From Arcobacteraceae bacterium (lineage in GTDB: Bacteria; Campylobacterota; Campylobacteria; Campylobacterales; Arcobacteraceae), in NCBI GenBank assembly GCA_965224485.1, contig CBDCZH010000010.1, positions 192,001 to 256,000 of the forward strand: DNA of 64,000 nucleotides, given 5' to 3'. Under the pieces are notes generated by a model. It made no database searches. It was not told the DNA's origin and saw only the letters and a program-made list of their open reading frames with translations. Position 1 is the first letter of the stretch. Each line of letters opens with the position of its first letter. The translations under genes and the position numbers were made by a program. This document shows positions 62,040-64,000 of the stretch, one piece after another.

Positions 62040-63179
62040 ATGCAAAGAATAATTAATTTTATACAAAAAATATATAATACAAAAGAATTTATCCCTTTAC
62101 ATGAACCAAGATTTATAGGAAATGAAAAAAAATACTTAAATGATTGTATTGATTCTACCTTTGTATCAAGTGTTGGGAAATATGTAGATTTATTTGAAGA
62201 AAATTTTGCTAAAAAAGTTGGAAGTAAATATGCAATTGCTACTGTTAATGGAACAGCAGCTTTACATATGGCTTTAATTCTTTCAGATGTAACAAGAAGC
62301 GATGAAGTTATAACACAGCCTTTAACTTTTATAGCAACTTGTAATGCAATATCATATATTGGAGCAAAACCTGTATTTGTTGATGTTGATCTTGATACCA
62401 TGGGTTTATCTCCTAAAAGTTTAAAAGATTTTTTAGAAAAAAACTGTGAAATTATTAATAACAAATGTATTAATAAAAAAACAAAGAATATAATAAAAGC
62501 TTGTATTCCAATGCATACTTTTGGACATTCTTGTCGCATTGATGAAATAAAAGAAATTTGTCTTAAATGGAATATTTCTTTAGTAGAAGATGCAGCTGAG
62601 AGTTTAGGAACTTATTATAACGACAAACATACAGGAACTTTTGGAAAATTAGGAGTATTTTCTTTTAATGGAAATAAAATTATCACATCAGGTGGAGGTG
62701 GAGTAATTGTAACAGATGATGTAGAAATAGCAAAAAGAGCGAAACATCTAACAACTACTGCAAAAGTACCACATAAGTTTGAATATGTTCATGATGAAAT
62801 AGGGTTCAATTATAGAATGCCAAATCTTAATGCTGCTTTACTTGTTGCACAATTAGAACAATTAGATACTTTTATTAAAAGTAAAAGAGATTTAGCACTA
62901 AAATATGATGAGTTCTTTAAAGATATTGATGGTATTGATTTTATTATCGAACCTTATAACTCATCATCAAATTATTGGTTACAAGCTGTAATTCTTAAAG
63001 ACGTAAAAACAAGAGATGACTTTTTAGATTTTACAAATAAAAATGGTGTAATGACAAGACCTATTTGGAAACTTATGAATGAACTAAAAATGTTTAAAAA
63101 TTGCCAATCATCTGATTTAACAAATTCAAAAATTTGTGAAGAAAGAATTGTTAATATTCCAAGTAGTGTAAGAGTATAA
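62040..63179 (+). CDS. legC: LegC-family PLP aminotransferase (DegT/DnrJ/EryC1/StrS)
   Basis: IPLHEP, VNGTAALH, EDAAESLG, SFNGNKIITSGGGG and GFNYRMPNLNAA motifs. Confidence 0.88.
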   Translation: MQRIINFIQKIYNTKEFIPLHEPRFIGNEKKYLNDCIDSTFVSSVGKYVDLFEENFAKKVGSKYAIATVNGTAALHMALILSDVTRSDEVITQPLTFIATCNAISYIGAKPVFVDVDLDTMGLSPKSLKDFLEKNCEIINNKCINKKTKNIIKACIPMHTFGHSCRIDEIKEICLKWNISLVEDAAESLGTYYNDKHTGTFGKLGVFSFNGNKIITSGGGGVIVTDDVEIAKRAKHLTTTAKVPHKFEYVHDEIGFNYRMPNLNAALLVAQLEQLDTFIKSKRDLALKYDEFFKDIDGIDFIIEPYNSSSNYWLQAVILKDVKTRDDFLDFTNKNGVMTRPIWKLMNELKMFKNCQSSDLTNSKICEERIVNIPSSVRV

Positions 63180-63180
63180 A

Positions 63181-64000
63181 GTGAATACTTTAATAAAATA
63201 CAATAATGGAGAGATAGAATTATCAATATCTTTTGGAAATGATACTGTTTGGCTTAGTCAATTACAGATATCAGAGCTATTTGAAACAAGCTCTGATAAT
63301 GTTAGTCTTCATTTCAAAAATATTTATAAAGAGCAAGAATTAGATGAAAATACAACTACCGAGGATTTCTCGGTAGTTCGGCAAGAAGGTAAAAGAAAAG
63401 TAAAAAGAACAATAAGACATTACAACTTAGATGCTGTTATTTGTATAGGATATAGAGTTAGCTCTTTTAAAGCTACAAAATTCCGTCAGTGGGCAACATC
63501 TATTTTAAAAGAATACATATCAAATGGTTATGCTATAAATACGTATAAAATAACTGAACAAAGACTCTTCAATTTAGAAAATGATATGAATCTAGTGAAG
63601 TCAAAAATTAATGACAATACCTTAGAAATAAAACAAGGTATATTTTATGATGGGCAAATTTTTGATGCTTACATTTTTATCAATAGATTGATTAAAAATG
63701 CTAAAAATGAAGTAATATTAATAGACAACTATATAGATGAAAGTGTGCTAACTATTTTCAGTAAGTATCCAAATATTATTTTTACACTAAAAACTAAAAC
63801 TATCTCTAAACAATTAAAATTAGATATAGAAATATATAATAAACAATTTAATAATCTAGTAATTCAAAATTCAAGTAAATTTCATGATAGATTTTTAATA
63901 ATAGATAAAAAAGAGATATACCATATAGGTGCAAGTTTAAAAGATTTAGGAAATAAAATATTTGCTTTTAACAAAATGAATATTGATAATTTTGAATTCT
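63181..64000 (+). CDS. RhuM-family protein with C-terminal PLD-like domain, 3'-truncated by the window edge
   Basis: Not in the ORF track. GTG 63181 opens a frame running to the window end: DTVWLSQLQISELF, HYNLDAVICIGYRV, ATKFRQWA, then IDNYID and FHDRFLIID...YHIGASLKDLG. Confidence 0.85.
   Translation, partial: MNTLIKYNNGEIELSISFGNDTVWLSQLQISELFETSSDNVSLHFKNIYKEQELDENTTTEDFSVVRQEGKRKVKRTIRHYNLDAVICIGYRVSSFKATKFRQWATSILKEYISNGYAINTYKITEQRLFNLENDMNLVKSKINDNTLEIKQGIFYDGQIFDAYIFINRLIKNAKNEVILIDNYIDESVLTIFSKYPNIIFTLKTKTISKQLKLDIEIYNKQFNNLVIQNSSKFHDRFLIIDKKEIYHIGASLKDLGNKIFAFNKMNIDNFEF

Overview
AT-rich, mostly core-chromosome window. Gene content and order (nifSU, cheV, fabX-like, cvpA-lysS-glyA, ispG-dnaB, pyrH-rpoZ-spoT-tyrS) point to Campylobacterota, most likely Arcobacteraceae (inference). 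Left to right: the end of an RND efflux operon; an Fe-S cluster biogenesis region in which a sufBCDSE-sufT operon and nifSU point away from each other around an amino-acid ABC transporter and share a palindromic IscR-like box; a hemerythrin plus membrane-protein pair behind a perfect Crp/Fnr box; and housekeeping genes, including an OprC-like copper TonB receptor. Further right are an MNT-HEPN toxin-antitoxin pair inserted between ispG and dnaB, a dnaB carrying a 342-aa LAGLIDADG intein in its Walker A motif, and the start of a surface-polysaccharide (legionaminic-acid-type) locus containing a RhuM-PLD gene. Other notable items are 7-bp periodic repeat arrays both between and inside genes, a nested ~146-bp palindrome, probable ATT/ATA start codons and a leaderless nth. 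Many single-base frameshifts, clustered at 45.2-49.8 kb and including essential genes, are most likely sequencing errors. No rRNA, tRNA, CRISPR array or transposase was seen.
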